Shown piece after piece: positions 53,454 through 64,000 of a stretch of DNA of 64,000 nt (its first letter is position 1; the number at the start of each line of letters is the position of its first letter). Below the pieces are notes generated by a model. That model worked only from the letters and a program-made list of their open reading frames with translations. It made no database searches and was not told the origin of the DNA. The DNA is from Octopus vulgaris. Its lineage: Eukaryota. A program made the position numbers and the translations under genes. The DNA is taken from NCBI GenBank assembly GCA_951406725.2, contig OX597817.1, positions 78,244,001 to 78,308,000 on the forward strand, in the 5' to 3' direction.

Positions 53454-54413
53454 TCAATTGTATGCAAGAAATGTCAGTCGCCTCCAGTGACATCTGAAAG
53501 AGTGTTGTAAAATCCCATTCACTAGCTGCCCTCGGGCGAACAAAATGTGAAAAAGTTCAGAGTTACAGAGATTACAGATTCTTTTGCCCCTATCAAACGG
53601 TACAGCCACCGATAAAATCGACCATTCCAGTCTAAATGCTGAATTCGCGTTCTTCAAACGCCAGATTAATTTACTTAGTCCGGTAGCGTGTTGTTTTCTA
53701 AAATCGCGAAAAGTTGTGAAGTGGTTCGATATTCTCATGGCCAATTTTGATGATGACGCTCCGATATACGAGTAGACATCCGATCCAGTATAAACTCTGC
53801 ATTGGTAAATGGCATTTCTAATCTTGGAATTACTAGATAAGAACCTTATTCTATTGGGATTGGCTTCCGATATTAACACGGCGTTCTTATTACTATTATG
53901 ACTGTGAGAACTACGGCTGTCTTCGACATTATACACCCCATTATCAATACTATTTAATGGAATATCACCTATATATTCCCTGCCACTGAGATCGCTGTGA
54001 TTGCTAATGTCCGTGATGCTACTGTTGTCAAACCCGTTGCTAAAATTGTTATTGGGACTTTCTACATTAATGACTCGGACAGTGCTCTCATCCCTATTCC
54101 CATTACTAACATTAGAGTCGTCACCATTGCTCCTATCATTATTCCTATTAATAACTCCATGCCTGGTATGGAGATTGCTAATCTCTGTGCCGGTTCTATT
54201 ACCATTATTCTTATTTTTATTAATACTGCGCGTTATTCTGGCATTAGACGGAGCTGCGTCTCCGAACGTGGGTAAGAGGGTCTTATTTAGCAGCTTATTG
54301 TTATGGGAGGAAATTATCTGTGAGAGATTTTTCGTATTAGAGAAGGCTATCCTAACTTTGTGTGTTAACAGTGGCGTAATATCTGGAATTTCTGGGAAAG
54401 TTACTGGCAATAG
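53454..54413 (-). CDS. C-terminal part of a PLE polyprotein: linker plus GIY-YIG endonuclease (no RT core)
   Basis: VRIAFSNTKNLSQIISSHNNKLL; NAIYQC...YSYIGAS...AMRISNH; ATGLSKLIWRLK...LEWSIL...CNLCNSE. Confidence 0.85.
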   Translation of the reverse strand, partial: LLPVTFPEIPDITPLLTHKVRIAFSNTKNLSQIISSHNNKLLNKTLLPTFGDAAPSNARITRSINKNKNNGNRTGTEISNLHTRHGVINRNNDRSNGDDSNVSNGNRDESTVRVINVESPNNNFSNGFDNSSITDISNHSDLSGREYIGDIPLNSIDNGVYNVEDSRSSHSHNSNKNAVLISEANPNRIRFLSSNSKIRNAIYQCRVYTGSDVYSYIGASSSKLAMRISNHFTTFRDFRKQHATGLSKLIWRLKNANSAFRLEWSILSVAVPFDRGKRICNLCNSELFHILFARGQLVNGILQHSFRCHWRRLTFLAYN

Positions 54414-54779
54414 CATATATATATATGTATGTATGTATATATATATCTATGTGTGAGTTACTTTGTGTCTGACAACTGATGTTGGTGTGTTTGTGTCTTC
54501 GTAACTTAGCAATTCAGCAAAAGAGACCAATAGAATAAGTACCAGGCTTAAAAGATAAGTATTGTGTCAATTCATTTGACTAAAAATTCAAGGTGCTGCC
54601 CCAGCATGGCCAAAGTCTAATGACTGAAACAAGTAATGGATAAAAAATAAAAGATGTGCGTGTGTGTGTGACTTTGTGTCTGTGTTTATCACCTTTCACT
54701 GCTTGACAACTGTTGTTGCTTTGTTTACGTCCCTGTAAGTTAGCCGTTCAGCTTAAGAGACCAATAAAATGTGTATGAA

Positions 54780-55030
54780 TTGCTCTCCAACAGTGTGTAA
54801 GATGTTTACTTCAACAATGGCATGGAATTGAAAACATGGCATGACCAATTCTTCAAGTGAAAGCCCAGGGATTTTTACTGTCAAGACAATGGCAAGCTAA
54901 TGGAACATTGGCAAGAACTTGCTAACAATGAAAGAGAATATATTATTGACTAATTTGTTAAAACTGTTGATGAAAAATCAGGATTCAAATAAACAGAAAA
55001 GAAAAAAAGAATTTATCTGATATCATCGTA
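54780..55030 (+). mobile_element. Mariner C-terminal fragment
   Basis: ELKTWHDQFFK*KPRDFYCQDNGKLMEHWQELANNEREYIID*. Confidence 0.8.
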
Positions 55031-55059
55031 TTTTTCACTGATTTTGTATAGTATAAGTA

Positions 55060-55232
55060 GGTAAATAGATAGATAGGTAGGTAGATATTGATAGCTAGAT
55101 AGATAGATAGAGAGAGAGAGACAGGCAAATAGAGAGATAGACAGTTTGACAGACAGAGATAGATAGACAGATGGATAGATAGATAAATAGATAGATAGAT
55201 AGATAGACAGATAGATAGATAGATAGATAGAT

Positions 55233-55279
<47 letters not shown>

Positions 55280-55312
55280 GACAGAGACAGAAAGAGAGTG
55301 AGATAGACAAAC

Positions 55313-55380
<68 letters not shown>

Positions 55381-55572
55381 GGATGGATGGATGGAGGGAG
55401 AGAGACATACAGAAACAGAGAGACAGACAGAGACAGACAGACAGACAGACAGACAGAGACAGACAGACAGTGACAGACAGACAGATGGAGACAGAAACAG
55501 ACAGACAGACATACTGAGAGAGAGAGACAGACAGGCAGACAGATAGATAGATAGACAGACAGATAGATAGAC

Positions 55573-55628
<56 letters not shown>

Positions 55629-55650
55629 GATAGATAGATAGATAGATAAA
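55060..55650. repeat. (GATA)n/(GACA)n/(GA)n compound microsatellite
   Basis: Directly visible. Confidence 0.95.
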
Positions 55651-56735
55651 TAGGTAATTATTAAGTGCACTTAGCCCTGCAGGTGCATAGGAAATGATAT
55701 ACTGAGAACTGTGAAAATTTCCCCTTTTTAAGACTACATTAAGATATCAGACTAATGTATACGTATGTATATATATATAGATGTGTGTATGTGTGCGTAT
55801 CATCATCATCATCATCATCATCCCTATCATCCTCCACCTCCTCATCATCATCATCACCATCATTTCCAAGCTTATACGTGCCAGACAGAATTTGTCGAAG
55901 CACATTTTCTTTTGCACTTCCTGTGACCAAACCTCTCCGGGGGTGGGGGGGTTATTTTTTGTTTTGTTTTCAAGTAGGTTAATATTTCCCCTTAGCTGGA
56001 CATGTTTTCAAGGAAGACTAAAAGTGAAAGATACCACTTGTATGAAACTGACACTCACTTATTTATCCTCACTTTATGTCATGGCAAGGAAACACGCACA
56101 CACACACACACATTTATACATACACACAAACATACGTACATACAAGCATACATACATGAATATGTGTTTATATATGTGTGTGTGTATGTGTGTAAATTTT
56201 TGGTATAAGGGGTATATGTCAAGTAGTGTGTTGATGTATTGAGTAAAGCGCTACCTGGTGTCTGCAGTTAGAGTATATTTCCATTGGATCTACTTATTCC
56301 TTCGCATTAGTTGAGATAATCAGCACTGGATTAACCATTAAGCTAAATAAGTACGTACTTAGGGCATCAAAGGAAGGAGGGGGCACCACAGAAATAGTAA
56401 ATGGTTTATGGCACAAAAGAAATCACTTTAAACTTGCTAAAAGAATATTTGGGATACCTTTATCACTACTAAGTATAGATGCAGATGTGTTGCTTAAGAC
56501 TAATTTTGAGGATCTGTTCTAAGACTTTGCAATTCAAAAAATTAGGAGGAAACTTTTCAAATATAAATAAAGTGGAATTATACAAAAATAAAGATTATTT
56601 TTCCTCTTACTGTTTTGTTTTGGTTTGAACAATAAAAGTTTATTTTATGGTTTGTTATGATGATGATGAAAAAGATTAAGAAAGACCAAAATGAAAAAAA
56701 GAAGACAGGAAGGAAATGAAGAAGCTGCTAATGAA

Positions 56736-57051
56736 GAGAAGTGTTGAAGGAGAAGATGAATAAGGCAAAACCAAGAAAGAAAACGAAATGAGAAAATTAA
56801 GATGATTTTTATGATAAAGAAGATGAATTAGAAGAAAGAGGAGGAAGAGAAGGAGGAGGAGGTGAAGAAGAAGAAGAAGAAGAAGAAAGAAAATGAAGGA
56901 GGAGGAGGAAAGGATGAGGAGGGGGAGAAGAAGAAGAAGAAGAAGAAGAAGAACAAGAAGAACAAGAACAAGAACAAGAAGAAGAAGAAGAAAGAAAATG
57001 AAGGAGGAGGAGGAAAGGAGGAGGAGGGGGGCAAAAGAAGAAGAAGAAGAA

Positions 57052-57083
<32 letters not shown>

Positions 57084-57730
57084 AGAAGACCAGTGATACT
57101 AATGGTGGTAGGCAGAAAAAATTGAAAGAGGAGAAATGGAGAGGGTAGTGATAGACAGAATTTAAGAAGGACAATAAAAAAACATACAAAAAGAGGAAGT
57201 GGGGTGAGGAGAGGTAGGAAAAGTAGAAAGAAAGTAAATGAAGATGAAAAGAAAGAAAGAATGTGAATAAACATGACAGAAGAATAAATATAAAAAAAGG
57301 CCAAAGAAGAAGCAGTAAAAAACAAACAAAGCAACCAAGAATAATTAAAACAAGCAAAAACAATAAACGAGTAAAAAAATTAAAAAAAAAAAACAAAGAA
57401 AGATGGCAAAGAGAAAGAAAGGGAAGAAAGTAAATGAGGAATAATTCTACTGTGACTATCCGCGGCACCGGCACCAGCACCGGATAGATGTAAGAGTTAG
57501 GGGTGCAGTGGTAGGGTATATGCCATTTATGACTTGGCTGTTCCATCTTGTTCATCTATGCTAATGACATTCTCAAGGTGAGTAGATGATGGGTACGTAT
57601 GTGTGTATGTGATATGTGTGTGTGTGTGTGTGTGTGTGCCAATACATATAGACATATATACATGTATATATATTTCTATGCATATTAGTATATATGTACA
57701 TATTTGTGTGTGCGCATGAATGTCTATGTG

Positions 57731-57777
<47 letters not shown>

Positions 57778-57924
57778 CAGTATGTGTGTATGTGATGTGT
57801 GTGTGTGTGCATGTGTGCCCATTTCTCCTCTTTCAATTTTTCCTGCCTACCACCTTTAGCACCACTGGTCTTCTTCTTCTTCTTCTTCTTCTTCTTCTTC
57901 TTCTTCTACTACTACTACTACTAC

Positions 57925-57956
<32 letters not shown>

Positions 57957-58181
57957 CTTCTTCTTCTTCTCCTCCCTCTCCTCCTCCCCCTCCTCCTCTT
58001 CCTTCATTTTCTTTCTTCTTCTTCTTTTTCTTCTTCCTTTTCCCCCCTCTTCGTTCTTCTCCTCCTTCTCTTCCTCCTCTTTCTTCTAATTCATCTTCTT
58101 TATCATAAAAATCATCTTAATTCTCTCATTTCATTTTCTTTCTTGGTTTTACCTTATTCATCTTCTCCTTCAACACTTCTC
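56736..58181. repeat. Local inverted duplication (arms 56736-57139 and 57819-58181)
   Basis: Non-microsatellite segments match in reverse complement, e.g. gagaagtgttgaaggagaagatgaataagg and ggtggtaggcagaaaaaattgaaagaggagaaatgg. Confidence 0.9.
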
Positions 58182-58519
58182 ATCGTCATCCTAATTTTTC
58201 CTTTACTTTATGTTTACCTGTTCTCACCTTGTGCATCCTTCTCCCCATCTACTATCCTTATAAACTCTAATTCTTCCTCTTTTTTATCATTTTGTTCCTT
58301 CTCCTTCATCATCATCGTCGTCCTCGTCGTCATCTTCTTCTTCTTCTTCTTCTTCTTCTTCTTCTTCTTCTTCTTCTTCTTCTTCTTCCTCCTTTCTTCT
58401 TCTTCTTTCCTCCTTCTTCTTCTTGTTTTTGTTCTCTTTTGTCTTCTTTCTTGGCATTTATTATTAGTTATTTCTTTTGCAATGGAGAACACAAAGACGC
58501 AAGCAATAACAACTTGTAA

Positions 58520-59352
58520 TTTAGGTTAAAAGCCAGTAATTTTGAGAGAAGAGGGGTTAATTGATTACATCCCCCCCCCCCCCATCCCTCAGTAATTGAC
58601 TGGTACTTTATTTCATCAACCTTGAAAAGATGAAAGTCAAAGTTGACCTTGGCAGGATTTGAACTCAGAACATATAGTGTTAGAACAAATGCTCAAAGCC
58701 ATTTTTGTAATGCCCTAATGATTCTGGTAACTCACCACATTGGAAACAGAAATATTGATTTAAAATTTTAGCACAAGGTTAGGAATTTCAGGGGAGGGGA
58801 TAAATCAATTACATTGACCCCCAGTGTTCAACTGATTTCTATTTTATTGACCCCGAAAGGATAAAAGGCAAAGCCAACCTCAGCAGAATTTGAACTCACA
58901 ACCACATATACAAATGAAAATAGTCCAAGGTTATAACCTTGATATATTGGCTTCAAATTTTGGCACAAGGCCAGCAGTTTCAGGGAAGAGGCTAAGTTGA
59001 TTACATTACTCCAGTACTCAAGTGGTATTTATTGACCCTGAACGGACAAAACAGAAAGCCGACCTCAGCAGAATTTGAACTCACTACTACGCACACAAAT
59101 AAAAACAAGCCAGGTTTATTATAATCTTGATATATTAGTTTCAAAATTTGGCACAAGGCCAACAGTTCCAGGGAAGTGAGTTAGTCAATTGCAACACCCC
59201 AGTACTCAACAAGTACTTGTTTTATCAAGCCTGAAAGGATGAAAGGCAAAGTCAACCTCGGTGGAATTTGAACTCAGAATGTAAAAGCGAATGAAATGCC
59301 GCCAAGCATTTTGCCCGGCATGCTAATGAGTCTGCCAGCTCACTGCCTTATT
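58520..59352 (-). mobile_element. Four tandem partial SINE family B copies
   Basis: gaaaggcaaag.c.acctc.gc.gaatttgaactca recurs, and a spacer (cttgatatatt.g.ttcaaa) is duplicated with the unit. Confidence 0.85.
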
Positions 59353-59974
59353 AAGAACACAAATATTAACGATTGGTCTTTAGCTGTTGTATGTTTTATT
59401 GCAGACAAGCAAGCAAAATAATTGTAAGGATAAAAATGTGTTTTTTTTTATTGCTAGGTTCTGAGTTCAAAACCTGCAATTTTTCAAACTTGTCCCTTAT
59501 TCCTTTGGGACTGAGAAAGTAAAATACCTGAGTACTAGGAGAGTGAGCAGTCAATGGAACTGACTGTGGCCCTCCCCTCAAAATTTCTGGCTTTGTTCCT
59601 AAATCAGAAACAATTATTTTCATGTAGAGGTCTAGGAACTTGAAAATAAATGTAGAATTATGAAGAAAAATTATGGAGATGTTTTTGATTGAAGATCGGA
59701 AATGGAAAGCAGGAAAGTGTAAAGGCTTATGGTAAGTTATAGGAAAAAGTTAGAGAAGGGAGATATTGATAAATCATCCCCTCCTAAATGTCGAACTTCT
59801 TGGAGTTACTGGGGAGCCTAGCTGGTTTGCTAGTGTGGAAGTTTTGAGGGAAGTTTAATTAAGTACTGAGAGGGTTTCCACACAGGATAGCTGAGATGCA
59901 ATTGAAATGCTTCTGAGATAGGGATGTGTCTGAAATGTGGGGTTTGAATGATGTTGTGAGGGATAAAAGGGAAG

Positions 59975-60285
59975 GTTATTTAGAACATTTACTGGTTGAC
60001 ACAGTATGTTGATTTTTTTTTCTATTGAACACAGATTGTAATTGCTACTTCATCCTTCATGTAAATGCCTTTGAGAAGATACTAGCTATTGAAGAAGTTT
60101 TCTCCATGGTCCTTTAGATTCCAAATAAACTTTGACAGCAATGTAGAGTAGTGATATTTATTTTGACTAAATTAGAAAACGGGCTGTGCTTTTTGAGTCT
60201 TGAGTCTATTTTCAGTGTTGCTGATGTAAATCATCTTCAGTTGATCAGTATCTGAAATATCAACACTATACACCAGTGTCTTTTG
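59975..60285 (-). mobile_element. Decayed PLE GIY-YIG fragment
   Basis: KTLVYSVDISDTDQLKMIYISNTENRLKT...STLLSKFIWNLKDHGENF aligns with the 53.5-54.4 kb ORF. Confidence 0.7.
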
Positions 60286-60829
60286 AAGTCATTTATTTTT
60301 TTTGTGACAGCTGATTGTGTAGTTACAATTATATTCTTATGTGTTTTATGGGTTTTTTTCTTCAATTTCTTTACTATAATTAAGCATCTGTAATACTATA
60401 TTCTTTAAACAGGTCTAGCTGAAACTTACAAAGGAAATATGCATGTACTAGGGTTTAGAAGTGTTTCGCTGTAGTTGTGAAATTCCTACTATATCTATTT
60501 GGTTCATATTGAGAAACTATAGAATTATATTCATTATGGGTATCATATAAACCCAGACACAGCAGCCTGAGGTTGTTATCATATTAAAATACATAGGCCT
60601 GACTGAGTAGTAAGAAGTTTGCTTGCTAATCACATGGTTTTGGGTTCTGACCCATTGTATGACACCATGTGCAAGTGTCTTTTACTACAGTCCCAAGCCA
60701 ACCAAAGTCTTGATATGGTAGACAGAAACTGAAAAACACTCACTGTACACACACATACACATGCACGCACACACACATGTACACACACATATACATATAT
60801 ACATACATATACATACATACATACATACA

Positions 60830-60879
<50 letters not shown>

Positions 60880-61103
60880 CATACATACATATTTGTATAT
60901 ATTCTATATATATATATGTAGTACAATATATATAGATACATACAAATATATACATAGCATAATATATATATATATATATATGATCACCATCATCATCATC
61001 ATCATCATCATATATACATATATATACATATAGAATTTCAGGGTCATACTTACTCTTCCTTTTGACTCTTATACTTTTTACTTTCTATATATATATATAT
61101 AAT

Positions 61104-61790
61104 AAAAGAATGTGAGGTAGCATTATATGGCCTTTGTTACTCACCACTCCTAAACACATCACAGTTACTGGAAACTCAGATGCTTATGTGCCGATTCTTT
61201 TGATATCCCCAGACATCAGAAGAATCTGTCCATCTGCACATAACTATCTGTCATTTCTCCTATTAGACTTTTGATCTTGGGCAAAAGTTTACTCATCAGA
61301 GAAGAACCAAAGCTTGCTATCTTCATGAGGGGTTTTAACTTTGTTAAGTAACGGCTTGTCACAAATGAAACTGCTTTCCTATGTATTTGCAGATATGAAT
61401 TGGCCTCTTCCCAGCACATACAACTTGTATTAAATTACCTCCAGTGCCACAGTTCTAAAAGTCCAGCCTGATATCTGAAGTTCTTAGGTGATGGCCCTCA
61501 TTGATTTTCTTGGATCATCATCATCATCATCATTATCATCATCGTTTAACGTCTGTTTTCCATTAGACAAATTATTATATCCTTATCGTATCTGAACATT
61601 TGATTTTGTTTTTCCTCTTTGATAAAGTTGAAGCATTCCCACCAGAGGCTTCCGATTCTATCCAAAATTTGTATATGAAAAATTTTGTAACAGTTACAGA
61701 GTTGGCAATTTCTAAACCACTGTGTATAATATGGTAACAATGCTTGCAGGCCTTTATTCTGTTTGTCAGCATTTAATATGCCATGAGGAA
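61104..61790 (-). mobile_element. Decayed Tc1/mariner-superfamily transposase (probably maT/DD37D type)
   Basis: N-terminus HSGLEIAN...EASGGNASTLSKRK...SDTIR, then YKLYVLGRGQFISANT...LLNKVKTP...LWFFSDE*TFAQDQKSNRRNDR*LC and FPVTVMCLGVVSNKGHIMLPH. Interrupted by a family D tail at ~61515-61563. The later catalytic Asps are absent, so the subfamily is unconfirmed. Confidence 0.82.
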
Positions 61791-62087
61791 TCTGAAAGAA
61801 ATAAAAATCTGTTAATTGATTTGAAGAGAATAATATACTGATAATTAAATGCTGCCAAGTACCCCTCACATTCTGCATATAAACCAAACAGATACAAATA
61901 TATAAAGAGTATGAACCAAGAATATATATACACTACTTCACATATACAACGGAAAAAAAAAAACATAGCACACACCCTTTTCTACAAATATCCACAAGTC
62001 ATTTATTTATGGTTAGGAATTTTGTCTAAGTGAGAAAATGTTTAAGTGTAACACACACGCACACACAAAGACACACACACACACAAA

Positions 62088-62139
<52 letters not shown>

Positions 62140-62268
62140 CACACATGCACACACACATTGGATTTGTTTCTTTTAAAACTGAGAAGTATTTTTTCACCCT
62201 TACTTGCTAAGTTTTTTTTCAACAGTGTTAATTTATTATATTCAGTAAACCTAGCATCTCCTAACAGT

Positions 62269-62311
<43 letters not shown>

Positions 62312-62426
62312 ATGATACACACATACATATATATATGCAAATACATACATACACACAAGCATACATACATATATATGTGTGTGTATATATATTTTAATTT
62401 TATACATACATACACACACACGCACA

Positions 62427-62480
<54 letters not shown>

Positions 62481-64000
62481 AGAAAGAATGAAGAAGAAAT
62501 AGAAGAATAGTAAGTGAATGATGAAAAGATGTAGGAAAAGGGTGGAGAAGAGGAAGGGGAGCAACAAAGAGGAATAACACGGAGGAAGATGAGAGCAAAA
62601 GCAACAACAGAAAACTGTAGCAAACAGCAAATAAACTCTGAGAAGAAAGAAAGTTCTATATATTCATTTATTTATTTTGTTTACTTTCAGGATGAAGGAT
62701 TGCATATACTTTACTTACTACCAATGGGTTGAGGTGACTTTGGTAAAATTTGTGGTTCTTTTGTATGCCGAAACGTTTCTGAAGAAGAGAGGGCAATAGA
62801 TTTTGCTGGTATTTTCTGGCTGACAGCATCGATAATGACGAAAGCTTGACATCTGGTAGCAACTCATGACTTGACTGCCATCAGCATTGATAATGTGGTG
62901 AGCTGGTAGGAGAGCTTGTTAAGAAAGATCATTTAGAGAGATCATGAAGGGATCCGTGAACTGTTTTGTTAAAACACTTTCAATGTTTTAGAGAAAACAG
63001 AAGAAAGATTTTTCTTTCTCTTTTTTGTTATTGTTGTTTTTTTAACACCTGGACTATAGCGTTTTGTGTATGGCTAGTGTGAACCCAGAAAAATTATTCA
63101 GTCTTAAATGCTGAGCTGGTTCTTGCTATATACCGAAAACACAACGGAAATACAAAAAGAAATCTTTATGAAAAATATACAGTATCAGCATACAGGGCAT
63201 ACATGTGGTCTCTCTGCTTGCTAGATAGAGCAGCAAAATGTACCTTACATGGAATTTTATTGTCATTGAAAGCCCCACCACACACAAAAAAATGCAAAAC
63301 AGGAAGAACACATTGGACACTGTAGACTTAAATAACCCTAAGTAATAATAAAAAAAAACAAACAAAAATGTAAAGGACGCAGCTGAAATGCCTATCATCT
63401 GAAATGTGTTTGGTCAATAAACTCAGAATTAGCCCAGGGCTAAATAACCATAGCAACTACAAAGAAAATGACAGTGGAAAAATCATCACCACATAATAAC
63501 AATGATAATAATATGAAGTACCAGGCACTGGCTCTCATGGCTTCCGATCTTAACTAATAAGAAGTGTTATCATGTACATTGTTTTATCTTGGTATAAAAG
63601 ATGGGCTACAGCAAATAGTCTGCTCAATACCACAGATTTGCTTGGCAGTTGTTTGACCTTAACCAGTTGACCATGTCCCTTAGTGGCTGGTGATATAGAG
63701 GAGAATCATAGCCATGTGTTGAGAAGAATTCTTTTGAATTTGAATAATTCGCCTCTGGAAATATATGTTTTGTTCATCATCCTTAAACAACCCTTATTCA
63801 AGGACCATTTGAATGGGATGGGCTACCCGACCTGAAGAACATTCTAACTGGGCCCCTCCTTCAAGGTCATGTGCTGTTTATCTTGATATGAGATCACCAT
63901 GTCATGCACATATAGTTGTGATGCATGTATCAGGTGTACCCTTATCAGACAGGTAGTCATGATGGGTATACTGAGGCTTTGTATATTTTACCCCAGTGTC

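Larger units (their letters stand above)
52533..54413 (-). mobile_element. 5'-truncated Penelope-like retroelement inserted in (TA)n
   Basis: GIY-YIG ORF, ~920-bp 3' region with a hammerhead, CpG-rich, (TA)n on both sides. Confidence 0.88.

Noticed and set aside
57470-57487. REST/RE1-like CAGCACC-GGATAG
   Set aside because: Wrong spacer, a mismatch in the right half-site, and a doubtful factor for this lineage.
61130-61150. GTG|GTGAGT donor and the 61790 acceptor as host exons
   Set aside because: Both lie within the transposase relic; the donor-like sequence is the LGVVSN codons.
62765-62800. GAAACGTT followed by CTGAAGA as a type II hammerhead
   Set aside because: There is no room for helix I, and no helix II pairing.
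63520-64000. Higher-GC block at the window end, probably an interspersed repeat, with CTGAAGA at ~63831
   Set aside because: Single copy in the window, truncated by the edge, with no ORF and no completing hammerhead elements; not classifiable.

Overview
AT-rich, microsatellite-saturated eukaryotic DNA, almost all intronic or intergenic. The repeat families and microsatellite density point to a cephalopod (Octopus-like) genome, which is an inference. Nearly all ORFs in the supplied track are microsatellite artefacts. Supported content: (i) a young 5'-truncated R4/Dong-type non-LTR retrotransposon (RT + CCHC + PD-(D/E)xK nuclease) inside (TAA)n, with an older relative beside it; (ii) three Penelope-like (PLE) GIY-YIG remnants, one with an intact 320-codon frame and a hammerhead in its 3' repeat region; (iii) several mariner/Tc1 relics and Tc1-, hAT- and piggyBac-type MITEs; (iv) three high-copy tRNA-derived SINE families and one (GAT)n-tailed retroposon; (v) one probable terminal coding exon of an unidentified minus-strand gene (40800-40913). 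The main hidden signal is about 10 minimal type I hammerhead-ribozyme motifs in short non-coding insertions of unrelated sequence. Many sit in inverted or partial-tandem PLE-style structures, two have 13-14 bp target-site duplications, and several are flanked by (TA)n. The cores include C3-G8, U3-A8 and G3-C8 covariants, a tRNA-headed SINE-like element and a 337-bp circularly permuted unit. Together they suggest a diverse set of retrozyme-like non-autonomous elements mobilised by PLEs. All structures were read by eye, and ribozyme activity is untested.
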